A stretch of 64,000 nucleotides of DNA from Heptranchias perlo (Eukaryota), in NCBI RefSeq assembly GCF_035084215.1, contig NW_027139442.1:10478001-10542000 (forward strand), read 5' to 3'. The notes beneath the pieces were generated by a model that had not been told where the DNA came from, did no database searches, and saw only the letters and a list, made by a program, of their open reading frames with translations. Below, piece after piece: positions 43,608 to 56,416 of the stretch. Position 1 is the stretch's first letter. Each line of letters starts with the position of its first letter. The translations under genes and the position numbers were made by a program.

Positions 43608-44159
43608 ACCAAATCGGCGATGGAAAGAGCTGTGATCGCCTGGGTTGAAATCGCATGGCTGTGAGAAACTTGTTTGAATGGGAAATGCATAAAAGGGAGG
43701 GAGCAGATGTGGGACGGACAGGGACAGAATAATTCCCTCACTCACATCCAAAAAGAAATTGCACTCACATTCTCAATTCAGCAATCGCTGACACAATAAT
43801 CAGCATATCAGTCAGCATCTGTTCAAATCTGGGCAAAATAACTCAGACTGAGCCAGTGTTGTCCGAGAATGAGACAGAAAATAATGATAGGCGTCCCTGG
43901 TATTTCTGTATCCCTCACGCCCAATTGACAATTCTGACGATTTTGTTATTTATTGTCTCATTCACCATACAATCTGCAATTATCAATCTATGGGAGATTG
44001 GCGACATCTGCTGTCCAGAAGCGAGTACTGCAGCAGACCGATCTGGATCATATGTATTGAACAAGTTATTGTTAGTTTCTGGGATCGGAATCAAGCCCCT
44101 ATTAAATTGATTCCTGACTCGCTTCGACAGTAACCAGCCCTTTCACCGATACAGTGGGT

Positions 44160-44175
44160 GGCTCTGAAAAGAGCC
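44160..44175 (-). terminator. Histone 3' stem-loop (H2A)
   Basis: Reverse complement is ggctcttttcagagcc. Confidence 0.95.
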
Positions 44176-44205
44176 TTTGGGTTATCAGATCAAATCGTGT
44201 CCGCT

Positions 44206-44655
<450 letters not shown>

Positions 44656-44918
44656 TCAGGTCATCAAATAACAGTTTCATGAAAATCTCATTTCCCTCAA
44701 GCAATTTAAGAACCCCCTCTCTTTATAATCTCCATTATTTCCAACTCCTCAGCTCAAATCTCAAGCTGTTTCACATTCCGGTTCATTCTCTGATCTGCCT
44801 GTAAACGGGCGGGAATTAAGCCGCGGTCATTGTTTTCCACATAGAATCATAGAAGTTACAACATGGAAACAGGCCCTTCTGCCCAACATATCCATGTCAC
44901 CCAGTTTATACCACTAAG

Positions 44919-47900
44919 CTCGTCCCAATTGCCTGCACTTGGCCCATATCCCTCTATACCCATCTTACCCATTTAACTGTCCAAATGCTTTTTAAAAGAC
45001 AAAATTGTACCCGCCTCTACTACTGCCTCTGGCAGCTCGTTCCAGACACTCACCACCCTTTGAGTGAAAAAATTGCCCCTCTGGACCCTTTTTTATCTCT
45101 CCCCTCTCACCTTAAATCTATGCCCCCTCGTTATGGACTCCCCTACCTTTGGGAAAAGATTTTGACTATCTACCTTATCTATGCCACTCATTATTTTATA
45201 GACTTCGATAAGATCACCCCTTAACCTCCTACTCTCCAGGGAAAAAAAGTCCCAGTCTGTCTAACCTCTCCCTGTAAGTCAAACCATCAAGTCCCGGTAG
45301 CATCCTAGTAAATCTTTTCTGCACTCTTTCTAGTTTAATAATATCCTTTCTATAATAGGGTGACCAGAACTGTACACAGTACTCCAAGTGTGGCCTCACC
45401 AATGCCATGTACAACTTCAACAAGACATCCCAACACCTGCATTCAATGTTCTGCCCAATGAAACCAAGCATGCTGAATGCCTTCTTCACCACCCTATCCA
45501 ACTGTGACTCCACTTTCAAGGAGCTATGACTCTGAACTCCCAGATCTCTTTGTTCCATAACTCTCCCCAATGCCCTACCATTAACGGAGTAGGTCCTGGC
45601 CCGATTCGATCTACCAAAATGCATCACCTCACATTTATCTAAATTAAACTCCATCTGCCATTCATCGGCCCACTGGCCCAATTTATCAAGATCCCGTTGC
45701 AATCCTAGATAACCTTCTTCACTGTCCACAATGCCACCAATCTTGGTGTCATCTGCAAACTTACTAACCATGCCTCCTAAATTCTCATCCAAATCATTAA
45801 TATAAATAACAAATAACAGCGGATCCAGCACCGATCCCTGAGGCACACCGCTGGACACAGGCATCCAGTTTGAAAAACAACCCTCTACAACCACCCTCTG
45901 TCTTCTGTCGTCAAGCCAATTTTGTATCCAATTGGCTACCTCACCTTGGATCCCATGAGATTTAACCTTATGTAACAACCTACCTTGCGGTACCTTGTCA
46001 AATGCTTTGCTGAAGTCCATGTAGACCACGTCTACTGCACAGCCCTCATCTATATTCTTGGTTACCCCTTCAAAAAACTCAATCAAATTCGTGAGACATG
46101 ATTTTCCTCTCACAAAACCATGCTGACTGTTCCTAATTAGTCCCTGCCTCTCCAAATGCCTGTAGATCCTGTCCCTCAGAATAACCTCTAACAACTTACC
46201 CACTACAGATGTCAGGCTCACTGGTCTGTCGTTCCCAGGCTTTTCCCTGCCGCCCTTCTTAAACAAAGGCACAACATTTGCTGCCCTCCAATCTTCAGGC
46301 ACCTCACCTGTAGCGGTGGATGATTCAAATATCTCTGCTAGGGGACCCGCAATTTCCTCCCTAACCTCCCATAACGTCCTGGGATACATTTCATCAGGTC
46401 CCGGAGATTTATCTACCTTGATGCGCGTTAAGACTTCCAGCACCTCCCTCTCTGTAATATGTACACTCCTCAAGACATCACTATTTATTTCCCCAAGTTC
46501 CCTAACATCCATGCCTTTCTCAACCGTAAATACCGATGTGAAATATTCATTCAGGATCTCACCCATCTCTTGTGGTTCCGCACATAGATGACCTTGTTGA
46601 TCCTTAAGAGGCCCTACTCGCTCCCTAGTTACCCTTTTGCCCTTTATGTATTTGTAGAAGCTCTTTGGATTCACCTTTGCCTGATCTGCCAAAGCAATCT
46701 CATATCCCCTTTTTGCCCTCCTGATTTCTCTCTTAACTCTACTCCGGCAATCTCTATACTCTTCAAGGGATCCACTTGATCCCAGCTGCCTATGCATGTC
46801 ATATGCCTCCTTCTTATTTTTGACTAGTGCCTCAATCTCCCGAGTCATCCAAGGTTCCCTACTTCTACCAGCCTTGCCCTTCACTTTATAAGGAATGTGC
46901 TTACCCTGAACCCTGGTTAACACACTTTTGAAAGCCTCCCACTTAACAGACGTCCCTTTGACAGCCAACAGACTCTCACAATCAACTTCTGAAAGTTCCT
47001 GTCTAATACCATCAAAATTGGCCTTTCCCCAATTTAGAATTTTAACTTTTGGGCCAGACCTATCCTTCTCCATAGCTATCTTAAAACTAATGGAATTATG
47101 ATCACTGGTCCCAAAGTGATCCCTCACTAACACTTCTGTCACCTGCCCTTCCTTATTTCCCAAGAGGAGGTCAAGTTTTGCCCCCTCTCTAGTCGGGACA
47201 TCCACATACTGAATGAGAAATTCCTCCTGAATACACTCAACAAATTTCTCTCCATCCAAGCCCCTAATGCTATGGCTGTCCCAGTCAATGTTGGGAAAGT
47301 TAAAGTCCCCTACTATTACCACCCTATTTTTCTTGCAGCTGTCTGTAATCTCCTTACATATTTGCTCCTCAATTTCCCGTTGACTATTTGGGGGTCTGTA
47401 GTACAATCCTATCAAAGTGATCTCTCCCTTCTTATTTTTCAGTTCTACCCATATAGACTCAGTGGGAGAACCCCTGGATATATCCCCTCTCACTACTGCC
47501 GTGATGTTCTCCCTAATCTAGAACGCAACTCCCCCTCCTCTCTTACCTCCTGCTCTATCTTTCCTATAGCATCTGTACCCTGGAACATTGAGCTGCCAGT
47601 CCTGCCCCTCCCTTAGCCATGTTTCAGTAATAGCTATAACATCCCAGTCCCATGTACCCATCCATGCCCTGAGTTCATCTGCCTTGCCCATCAGACTTCT
47701 TGCATTGAAATAAATGCAGTTTAATCTAGACTTCCCTTGGTCTTTGCCCTGCTTTCTCAGAACATCTGTCCGGTCATGTTCTGTAGAATCTCCCTTACTG
47801 CCTTTTGTTTCTGTCACCACTTTATTTCCATCTGACTTCGTGCATCGGTTCCCATCCCCCTGCCATATTAGTTTAAACCCTCCCCAACAGCACTGGCAAA

Positions 47901-48024
47901 CACTCCCCCTAGGACATTGGTTCCAGTCCTGCCCAGATGCAGACCGTCCAATTTGTACTGGTCCCACCTCCCCCAGAACCGGTTCCAATGGCCCAGGAAT
48001 TTGAATCCCTCCCTCTTGCACCAT
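44919..48024 (-). pseudogene. CR1 ORF2 (APE endonuclease + RT), disrupted
   Basis: Compared with the second copy: TTG>TAG at about 47518, +1 A in the run at about 45242-45248, and missense GNYRP>GNDRP and SVLGP>SVLDP. Confidence 0.9.
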
Positions 48025-48803
48025 CTCTCAAGCCACGTATTCATCTTAGCTATCCTGTCATTCCTACTCTGACTAACCCGTGGCACTGGTAGCAATCCTG
48101 AGATTACTACCTTTGAGGTCCTACTCTTTAGTTTAACTCCTAACTCCCTAAATTCAGCTTGTAGGACCTCATCCTGTTTTTTACCTATATCGTTGGTGCC
48201 GATATGCACCACGACAACTGGCTGTTCACCCTCCCCCTCCAGAATGTCCTGCAGCCGCTCCGAGACATCCTTGACCCTTGCACCAGGGAGGCAACATACC
48301 ATCCTGGAGTCTCGGTTGCGTCCGCAGAAACGCCTGTCTATTCCCCTTACAATCGAGTCCCCTATCACTATAGCTCTGCCACTCTTTTTCCTGCCCTCCT
48401 GTGCAGCAGAGCCAGCCACGGTGCCATGAACCAGGCCACTGCCACCTTCCCCTGGTGAGCCATCTCCCCCAACAGTATACCTGTTTTGGAGGGAGATGAC
48501 CGCAGGGGACCTCTGCACTGCCTTCCTACTCTTCCTCTGTCTGTTGGTCACCCATTCACTATCTCCCTCAGTAATTTTTATCTGCGGTGTGACCAACTCA
48601 CTGAACGTGCTATCCACGACTTTCTCAGCATCGCGGATGCTCCAAAGTGAGTCCATCCGCAGCTCCAGAGCCGTCAAGCGGTCAAACATTAGCTGCAGCT
48701 GGACACTCTTCCCGCAGGTGAAGGAATCAGGGATACAGGAAGGAGCCCTGAATTCCCACATCCCACAAGAGGAACATGACACGGCCCTGGGATCTCCTGC
48801 CAT
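47868..48803 (-). CDS. CR1 ORF1 protein (zinc-finger/leucine-zipper N-terminus + SGNH esterase)
   Basis: CSSCGMW..CGK, a coiled-coil segment, and the SGNH blocks IGDSIVR, HIGTND and DGLHL. Confidence 0.9.
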   Translation of the reverse strand: MAGDPRAVSCSSCGMWEFRAPSCIPDSFTCGKSVQLQLMFDRLTALELRMDSLWSIRDAEKVVDSTFSELVTPQIKITEGDSEWVTNRQRKSRKAVQRSPAVISLQNRYTVGGDGSPGEGGSGLVHGTVAGSAAQEGRKKSGRAIVIGDSIVRGIDRRFCGRNRDSRMVCCLPGARVKDVSERLQDILEGEGEQPVVVVHIGTNDIGKKQDEVLQAEFRELGVKLKSRTSKVVISGLLPVPRVSQSRNDRIAKMNTWLERWCKREGFKFLGHWNRFWGRWDQYKLDGLHLGRTGTNVLGGVFASAVGEGLN

Positions 48804-49124
48804 GACGTAACCCTTAAATTAGCTTAAGAACAACTACAATGTCAAGAGAAAAAAAAAGGAAAGAAAAACTACTTACCACTCCCTTTAAGGAGTTTACTCC
48901 TTTAAATTGTTCTCAATTTAGAGAATGTTAACTACACTAGGGACCTTGATTCACTAAAAAATAAACGCTACTTCCTATAAGACCTGCAGACCTTCCCTTT
49001 CCTTTTACTTCAGTTACTGTAGATCAGGAGAAATACTCACCTGAACCTACTCACCAATCAGGTGCCTCCCCTGTGTCGCGTCCCGATCTGATTCCTGACG
49101 TCACTTCGAACTCGGTCGCAGCTC

Positions 49125-49520
49125 GGCTCGGCTCTTCTCAGCGCTCTGAAATCCCGCCTTTTATCGGACGCTCCCTCCGCTCGGCTCCTCTCAGCGCTCT
49201 GAAATCCCGCCTTTTATCGGACGCTCCCTCCGCTCGGCTCCTCTCAGCTGTTCTCAGCGCTCTGAAATCCCGCCTTTTATCGGATGCTCCCTCCGCTCGG
49301 CTCGGCTCCTCTCAGCTGTTCTCAGCGCTCTGAAATCCCGCCTTTTATCGGACGCTCCCTCCGCTCCACTCCTCTCAGCTCCTCTCAGCTGTTCTCAGCT
49401 CTCTGAAATCCCGCCTTTTATCCGACGCTCCCTCCGCTCGGCTCGGCTCCTCTCAGCTGTTCTCAGCGCTCTGAAATCCCGCCTTTTATCGGACGCTCCC
49501 TCCGCATTGCTCGGCTCCTC
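49125..49520 (-). repeat. Tandem CpG-rich monomers (about 54-73 bp, 6 copies) in the CR1 5'UTR
   Basis: ctctgaaatcccgccttttatcggacgctccctccgc at about 49144, 49197, 49260, 49328, 49401 and 49469. Confidence 0.9.
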
Positions 49521-49612
49521 ACATCGTTCACCTGAGGAAGGAGGTAGCCTCCGAAAGCTTGTGAATTTAAAATAAAATTGCTGCACTATAACTTGGTGTT
49601 GTAAAATTGTTT
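49521..49612 (+). mobile_element. Penelope-like terminal repeat without the tail
   Basis: Matches 18301-18385 and 41158-41240. Confidence 0.85.
49526..49566 (+). ncRNA. Minimal type-I hammerhead ribozyme motif
   Basis: GUUCAC-CUGAGGA-A-GGAGG-UAG-CCUCC-GAAA-GCUU-GUGAAU. Confidence 0.82.
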
Positions 49613-50338
49613 ACAAAGAATGAAGAAATCCTCCCGCACTCGCCCTTCTTATACTTTCTGGACGACTGCAGTGGGGGCACTTGTGATTGGTCCATGTGTT
49701 CTCAACCTCATTGAGCTGTTCGTTAAACCAATCAGAGGGCTGTTTTATTCACCAATCAATAGCCGGCAATGAGAAAAGGGCGGAAAATACAGACCAGAAC
49801 CGTTTTTTTGAAATTTGAAAAGCCCGCCAATATATTTGTAACACAAGAAGCGGATTTAGTAAATAATTTCGCGTAAAAGCAAATATTTAGACATCTCATC
49901 TTTTACTCTGTTATTCCACATTTCTCGTTACAACTTCCAGAATCTGTTTCAACCCGCTTCATTCTCCGTTCGCTTTCAATCGGGCCGGAATAAAGCCTCA
50001 TTTTGTCCCGAATAATTAACAAACAAACGTGAGAAGGAGAAAGAAATAACCGAACTCGAATCCACCGCCTGAAAACGGCTCTGAAGTGTCAGACGCGGGG
50101 GAAGGGGCGGAAAATGAACTGAAATGAGAGGTTCAGGGACACGTTTTTGTTTATTGGCTGTAAATTGAACATCGACACACAGATTATACCCGGCAGTTAT
50201 TGTGAGAATCTTCCCGATATCAAGAGAAATCACAAAAGGACAAGTTATAGAGAGACAGTTAGTGTCAAACTATCTTATCTACCGTAAAATGATTCCATCC
50301 AGAGGTATCGGTACAGCGTCTTCAGAGAGACTGTGGGT

Positions 50339-50354
50339 GGCTCTTAAAAGAGCC
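50339..50354 (-). terminator. Histone 3' stem-loop (H2B)
   Basis: Reverse complement is ggctcttttaagagcc. Confidence 0.95.
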
Positions 50355-50388
50355 TTTGTGTTTATTTTTTTCAGTATATTGTGGAGTT

Positions 50389-50763
50389 TTACTTGGAGCT
50401 GGTGTATTTGGTCACCGCCTTTGTCCCTTCCGACACGGCGTGCTTGGCCAGTTCCCCGGGCAGCAGCAGGCGGACGGCGGTCTGGATCTCCCGAGAGCTG
50501 ATGGTGCGGCGTTTATTATAATGGGCCAGGCGGGAAGCCTCTCCCGCGATGCGCTCGAAAATATCGTTCACAAAGGAGTTCATGATGCTCATGGCCTTGG
50601 AGGAGATGCCGGTGTCGGGGTGAACCTGCTTCATCACTTTGTAGACGTAGATGGAGTAACTCTCCTTCCTCGACTTTCTCCGCTTCTTGCCGCCCTTGGC
50701 TGGTGCTTTACTCAAGGTTTTCTTGGCGCCCTTCTTGGGAGCTGCTTTCTTGTCCTCAGGCAT
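50389..50763 (-). CDS. H2B: Replication-dependent histone H2B (124 aa)
   Basis: Intact ORF from the ATG at 50763. ATGCTAAT at 50841, CCAAT boxes. Confidence 0.97.
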   Translation of the reverse strand: MPEDKKAAPKKGAKKTLSKAPAKGGKKRRKSRKESYSIYVYKVMKQVHPDTGISSKAMSIMNSFVNDIFERIAGEASRLAHYNKRRTISSREIQTAVRLLLPGELAKHAVSEGTKAVTKYTSSK

Positions 50764-52353
50764 TTTCAAAATCAATTTCAGACTCAGAAATGACCCAAAT
50801 CCGCTCCGAGCTCGGCTTAAATAGGCAGCCCCACAGACCTATGCTAATGAGGGATGAGGGAAGGCAATGATTGTGATTGGGACTGATGTCACAATATTTT
50901 TCCTTTATCAATTTGATTGGACATCTGAAGAAACCAATCAGATTTAATACGTGCCACCAATCACAAACACGCTCACACTGCACATTGTCCGGTTTCAGAA
51001 ATTTGTTCAGAACTGTTGCAATTCTGCTTCCGGCCAGTAGATGTCCCCAAACCCCGGGTCTTTGAAGTTTGCAGATGAGAGAGGGACAGAAGATAAACTC
51101 ATTCTTCACATTATATTGCACGGGTGGGATTCGTAAATACTGTGAATGGTGAACATTTTATTGGACAAAGCATTAGTTGAAATGCTGTATTCAATGTTTG
51201 TAATTAATTTAGTGGGTATAGCTTATACTGAGGAAAAATACATAAAAAAAGAGTTTAATAAGCTTGCTGAAAGGCTTGTAAATGGGCATTGAATTTCCAT
51301 ATTGAAAGGTGTGAGGTGGTGCATTTCGCTCGGGGGAATAAGGAGGCCACATCCTGCTTGGAAAATAAAAGTCTAAATGGGGTGGAAGAGCAACGGGATT
51401 TAGGGGTATAGATTGACAAATCATTAAAAGTAGCAACACAGGTTGATAAGACCATAAAAAGCAAACACAGCACATTCTAGAGGAATAGAATTGAAAAGCA
51501 GATAAGTTATGTTGAACTGAAATTTAAACTGTCAAACCTTCTGCCAAACTATTAAACCTTCCCTTTCTGAAATCCGTGCTGACTATTCTTTATTATATTT
51601 TTGGTTTCTAGATGTTTTTCTATTGCATCATTGAGTAAAAGATTCCATGATCATTCCTACCACCGACCTTTAGATAACTGGTCTTTAGTTCCCTGGATTT
51701 GATCTATCTCCTGTTTCAAAATATAAGAATCACATTAACTGTCATCCAGTCCTCTGGCACTATTCCTTTCTGTAATGATTTTTCCTATATATGTAACAGT
51801 GCCTCTGCTATCTCTTCCCTTGTTTCATTTAATATGTGCGGATGCAATCCATCTGGACCAGGAGTTCTACCACCCTTTCTAACTTAAATGCCTTGATATC
51901 TTTATTGACCTCTTCCTCTGATATCATATTCACCCTGTTAATCTCCCGGGTAAATAGTGAGGGAAAGTAATAATTCAATATGTGTGGCATTTCGGTGACG
52001 TTACCTGTGAGTTTATCTTGTGAATCCCTTAGTGGCCCTCAAGATATTCTGATTTTCCTTTTGTTATTTTTTGTGTCTGTGGAATAATTTACTTTTACTT
52101 TTTATATTCCTTGATAATTTGATTTCGTGGTTCCTGTTTTCTTCCCTAATTGTTTTTGTGACTTCTTCCTAACCTCTTCCGATTCGCTTTTGCCATCCCC
52201 TTATTTAATATCTATGAATGAGAAATTCCACCAGCTTGTTGTGTCTGTTCAGGGGCTGATGTTTTGTAACGATTTATTGTCTGTGATTAAAGTGCCAGAA
52301 ACCCAGTCCGAAATTCCACAGAAACACACTATTTCTCTCTCCTCGTGAAATAA

Positions 52354-52420
52354 GGCGCTATAATGGTGAGTATAGATGCCTTCCAAACAGTTAATTCCAA
52401 CAGGTTTGAATCCTAGCACG
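52354..52420 (+). pseudogene. Degenerate tRNA-Gly(TCC) relic
   Basis: tataatggtgagtatagatgccttccaaacagtt...ggtttgaatcctagc. Paralog of the relic at 29650. Confidence 0.65.
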
Positions 52421-52652
52421 CTGAATTCAGAAACACCAAGACTGGAACCGAATTTGATGATGTTCAGAGCGATAATGTTTCCAAACGGGTCTAATTTATA
52501 TAAAAAAATACTTCTAAAATTCATTTTTCCCTCATAACGATGAATTTAACTCTGTTCCTTTGTATTATAGAATCATAGAATCATAGAAGTTACAACATGG
52601 AAACAGGCCCTTCGGCCCAACATGTCCATGTCGCCCAGTTTATACCACTAAG

Positions 52653-55600
52653 CTAGTCCCAATTGCCTGCACTTGGCCCATATCCCTCGATACCCATCTT
52701 CCCCATGTAACTGTCCAAATGCTTTTTAAAAGACAAAATTGTACACGCCTCTACTACTGCCTCTGGCAGCTCGTTCCAGACACTCACCACCCTTTGAGTG
52801 AAAAAATTGCCCCTCTGGATCCTTTTGTATCTCTCCCCTCTCACCTTAAATCTGTGCCCCCTCGTTATAGACTCCCCTACCTTTGGGAAAAGATTTTGAC
52901 TATCGACCTTATCTATGCCTCTCATTATTTTATAGACTTCTATAAGATCACCCCTTAACCTCCTACTCTCCAGGGAATAAAGTCCCAGTCTGTCTAACCT
53001 CTCCCTGTAAGTCAAACCATCAAGTCCCGGTAGCATCCTAGTAAATCTTTTCTGCACTCTTTCTAGTTTAATAATATCCTTTCTATAATAGGGTGACCAG
53101 AACTGTACACAGTACTCCAAGTGTGGCCTCACCAATGCCCTGTACAACTTCAACAAGACATCCCAACTCCTGCATTCAATGTTCTGACCAATGAAACCAA
53201 GCATGCTGAATGCATTCTTCACCACCCTATCCACCTGTGACTCCACTTTCAAGGAGCTATGAATCTGTACTCCTAGATCTCTTTGTTCTATAACTCTCCC
53301 CAACGCCCTACCATTAACGGAGTAGGTCCTGGCCCGATTCGATCTACCAAAATGCATCACCTCACATTTATCTAAATTAAACTCCATCTGCCATTCATCG
53401 GCCCACTGGCCCAATTTATCAAGATCCCGTTGCAATCCTAGATAACCTTCTTCACTGTCCACAATGCCACCAATCTTGGTGTCATCTGCAAACTTACTAA
53501 CCATGCCTCCTAAATTCTCATCCAAATCATTAATATAAATAACAAATAACAGCGGACCCAGCACCGATCCCTGAGGCACACCGCTGGACACAGGCATCCA
53601 GTTTGAAAAACAACCCTCGACAACCACCCTCTGTCTTCTGTCGTCAAGCCAATTTTGTATCCAATTGGCTACCTCACCTTGGATCCCATGAGATTTAACC
53701 TTATGTAACAATCTACCATGCGGTACCTTGTCAAATGCTTTGCTGAAGTCCATGTAGACCACGTCTACTGCACAGCCCTCATCTATATTCTTGGTTACCC
53801 TTTCAAAAAACTCAATCAAATTCGTGAGACATGATTTTCCTCTCACAAAACCATGCTGACTGTTCCTAATTAGTCCCTGCCTCTCCAAATGCCTGTAGAT
53901 CCTGTCCCTCAGAATACCCTCTAACAACTTACCCACTACAGATGTCAGGCTCACTGGTCTGTAGTTCCCAGGCTTTTCCCTGCCGCCCTTCTTAAACAAA
54001 GGCACAACATTTGCTACCCTCCAATCTTCAGGCACCTCACCTGTAGCGGTGGATGATTCAAATATCTCTGCTAGGGGACCCGCAATTTCCTCCCTAACCT
54101 CCCATAACGTCCTGGGATACATTTCATCAGGTCCCGGAGATTTATCTACCTTGATGCGCGTTAAGACTTCCAGCACCTCCCTCTCTGTAATATGTACACT
54201 CCTCAAGACATCACTATTTATTTCCCCAAGTTCCCTAACATCCATGCCTTTCTCAACCGTAAATACCGATGTGAAATATTCATTCAGGATCTCACCCATC
54301 TCTTGTGGTTCCGCACAGAGATGACCTTGTTGATCCTTAAGAGGCCCTACTCTCTCCCTAGTTACCCTTTTGCCCTTTATGTATTTGTAGAAGCTCTTTG
54401 GATTCACCTTTGCCTGATCTGCCAAAGCAATCTCATATCCCCTTTTTGCCCTCCTGATTTCTCTCTTAACTCTACTCCGGCAATCTCTATACTCTTCAAG
54501 GGATCCACTTGATCCCAGCTCCCTATGCATGTCATATGCCTCCTTCTTATTTTTGACTAGTGCCTCAATCTCCCGAGTCATCCAAGGTTCCCTACTTCTA
54601 CCAGCCTTGCCCTTCACTTTATAAGGAATGTGCTTACCCTGAACCCTGGTTAACACACTTTTGAAAGCCTCCCACTTACCAGACGTCCCTTTGCCTGCCA
54701 ACAGACTCTCCCAATCAACTTCTGAAAGTTCCTGTCTAATACCATCAAAATTGGCCTTTCCCCAATTTAGAATTTTAACTTTTGGGCCAGACCTATCCTT
54801 CTCCATAGCTATCTTAAAACTAATGGAATTATGATCACTGGTCCCAAAGTGATCCCTCACTAACACTTCTGTCACCTGCCCTTCCTTATTTCCCAAGAGG
54901 AGGTCAAGTTTTGCCCCCTCTCTAGTCGGGCCATCCACATACTGAATGAGAAATTCCTCCTGAATACACTCAACAAATTTCTCTCCATCCAAGCCCCCAA
55001 TGCTATGGCTGTCCCAGTCAATGTTGGGAAAGTTAAAGTCCCCTACTATTACCACCCTATTTTTCTTGCAGCTGTCTGTAATCTCCTTACATATTTGCTC
55101 CTCAATTTCCCGTTGACTATTTGGGGGTCTGTAGTACAATCCTATCAAAGTGATCTCTCCCTTCTTATTTTTCAGTTCTACCCATATGGACTCAGTGGGC
55201 GAACCCTCGGATATATCCCCTCTCACTACTGCCGTGATGTTCTCCCTAATCAAGAACGCAACTCCCCCTCCTCTCTTACCTCCTGCTCGATCTTTCCTAT
55301 AGCATCTGTACCCTGGAACATTGAGCTGCCAGTCCTGCCCCTCCCTTAGCCATGTTTCAGTAATAGCTATAACATCCCAGTCCCATGTACCCATCCATGC
55401 CCTGAGTTCATCTGCCTTGCCCATCAGACTTCTTGCATTGAAATAAATGCAGTTTAATCTAGACTTCCCTTGGTCTTTGCCCTGCTTTCTCAGACCATCT
55501 GTCCGGTCATGTTCTGTACACTCTCCCTTACTGCCTTTTGTTTCTGTCACCACTTTATTTCCCACTGACTTCCTGCATCGGTTCCCATCCCCCTGCCACA

Positions 55601-55757
55601 TTAGTTTAAACCCTCCCCAACAGCACTGGCAAACACTCCCCCTAGGACATTGGTTCCAGTCCTGCCCAGATGCAGACCGTCCAATTTGTACTGGTCCCAC
55701 CTCCCCCAGAACCGGTTCCAATGGCCCAGGAATTTGAATCCCTCCAGCTTGCACCAT
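52653..55757 (-). CDS. CR1 ORF2: APE-like endonuclease + reverse transcriptase (true start codon uncertain)
   Basis: 1034-aa open frame. EN motifs NARS, ITETWL, GDFN and SDH. RT motifs QHGF, DFSKAFD, PQGSVLGP and FADD. Confidence 0.95.
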   Translation of the reverse strand: MVQAGGIQIPGPLEPVLGEVGPVQIGRSASGQDWNQCPRGSVCQCCWGGFKLMWQGDGNRCRKSVGNKVVTETKGSKGECTEHDRTDGLRKQGKDQGKSRLNCIYFNARSLMGKADELRAWMGTWDWDVIAITETWLREGQDWQLNVPGYRCYRKDRAGGKRGGGVAFLIRENITAVVRGDISEGSPTESIWVELKNKKGEITLIGLYYRPPNSQREIEEQICKEITDSCKKNRVVIVGDFNFPNIDWDSHSIGGLDGEKFVECIQEEFLIQYVDGPTREGAKLDLLLGNKEGQVTEVLVRDHFGTSDHNSISFKIAMEKDRSGPKVKILNWGKANFDGIRQELSEVDWESLLAGKGTSGKWEAFKSVLTRVQGKHIPYKVKGKAGRSREPWMTREIEALVKNKKEAYDMHRELGSSGSLEEYRDCRSRVKREIRRAKRGYEIALADQAKVNPKSFYKYIKGKRVTRERVGPLKDQQGHLCAEPQEMGEILNEYFTSVFTVEKGMDVRELGEINSDVLRSVHITEREVLEVLTRIKVDKSPGPDEMYPRTLWEVREEIAGPLAEIFESSTATGEVPEDWRVANVVPLFKKGGREKPGNYRPVSLTSVVGKLLEGILRDRIYRHLERQGLIRNSQHGFVRGKSCLTNLIEFFERVTKNIDEGCAVDVVYMDFSKAFDKVPHGRLLHKVKSHGIQGEVANWIQNWLDDRRQRVVVEGCFSNWMPVSSGVPQGSVLGPLLFVIYINDLDENLGGMVSKFADDTKIGGIVDSEEGYLGLQRDLDKLGQWADEWQMEFNLDKCEVMHFGRSNRARTYSVNGRALGRVIEQRDLGVQIHSSLKVESQVDRVVKNAFSMLGFIGQNIECRSWDVLLKLYRALVRPHLEYCVQFWSPYYRKDIIKLERVQKRFTRMLPGLDGLTYRERLDRLGLYSLESRRLRGDLIEVYKIMRGIDKVDSQNLFPKVGESITRGHRFKVRGERYKRIQRGNFFTQRVVSVWNELPEAVVEACTILSFKKHLDSYMGKMGIEGYGPSAGNWD

Positions 55758-56416
55758 CTCTCAAGCCACGTATTCATCTTAGCTATCCTGTCATTCCTAC
55801 TCTGACTAACCCGTGGCACTGGTAGCAATCCTGAGATTACTACCTTTGAGGTCCTACTCTTTAGTTTAACTCCTAACTCCCTGAATTCAGCTTGTAGGAC
55901 CTCATCCTGTTTTTTACCTATATCGTTGGTGCCGATATGCACCACGACAACTGGCTGTTCACCCTCCCCCTCCAGAATGTCCTGCAGCCGCTCCGAGACA
56001 TCCTTGACCCTTGCACCAGGGAGGCAACATACCATCCTGGAGTCTCGGTTGCGTCCGCAGAAACGCCTGTCTATTCCCCTTACAATCGAGTCCCCTATCA
56101 CTATAGCTCTGCCACTCTTTTTCCTGCCCTCCTGTGCAGCAGAGCCAGCCACGGTGCCATGAACCTGGCCACTGCCACCTTCCCCTGGTGAGCCATCTCC
56201 GCCAACAGTATCCAAAACGGTATACCTGTTTTGGAGGGAGATGACCGCAGGGGACCCCTGCACTGCCTTCCTACTCTTCCTCTGTCTGTTGGTCACCCAT
56301 TCACTATCTCCCTCAGTAATTTTTATCTGCGGTGTGACCAACTCACTGAACGTGCTATCCACGACTTTCTCAGCATCGCGGATGCTCCAAAGTGAGTCCA
56401 TCCGCAGCTCCAGAGC
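55601..56416 (-). pseudogene. CR1 ORF1, N-terminally truncated (SGNH esterase part retained)
   Basis: Matches the 47868..48803 protein from ALELRMDSLW onward and lacks the zinc-finger N-terminus. Confidence 0.85.

Larger units (their letters stand above)
44840..49520 (-). mobile_element. Full-length CR1 LINE (about 4.7 kb)
   Basis: Repeat-containing 5'UTR, ORF1, ORF2 and (ATTCTATG)n tail at 44840. Nearly identical to the copy at 52567-56416. Confidence 0.95.
52567..56416 (-). mobile_element. Young 5'-truncated CR1 LINE with intact ORF2
   Basis: (ATTCTATG)n tail at 52567, truncated within ORF1. The empty site is visible in the paralog at about 29862-29900. Confidence 0.95.
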
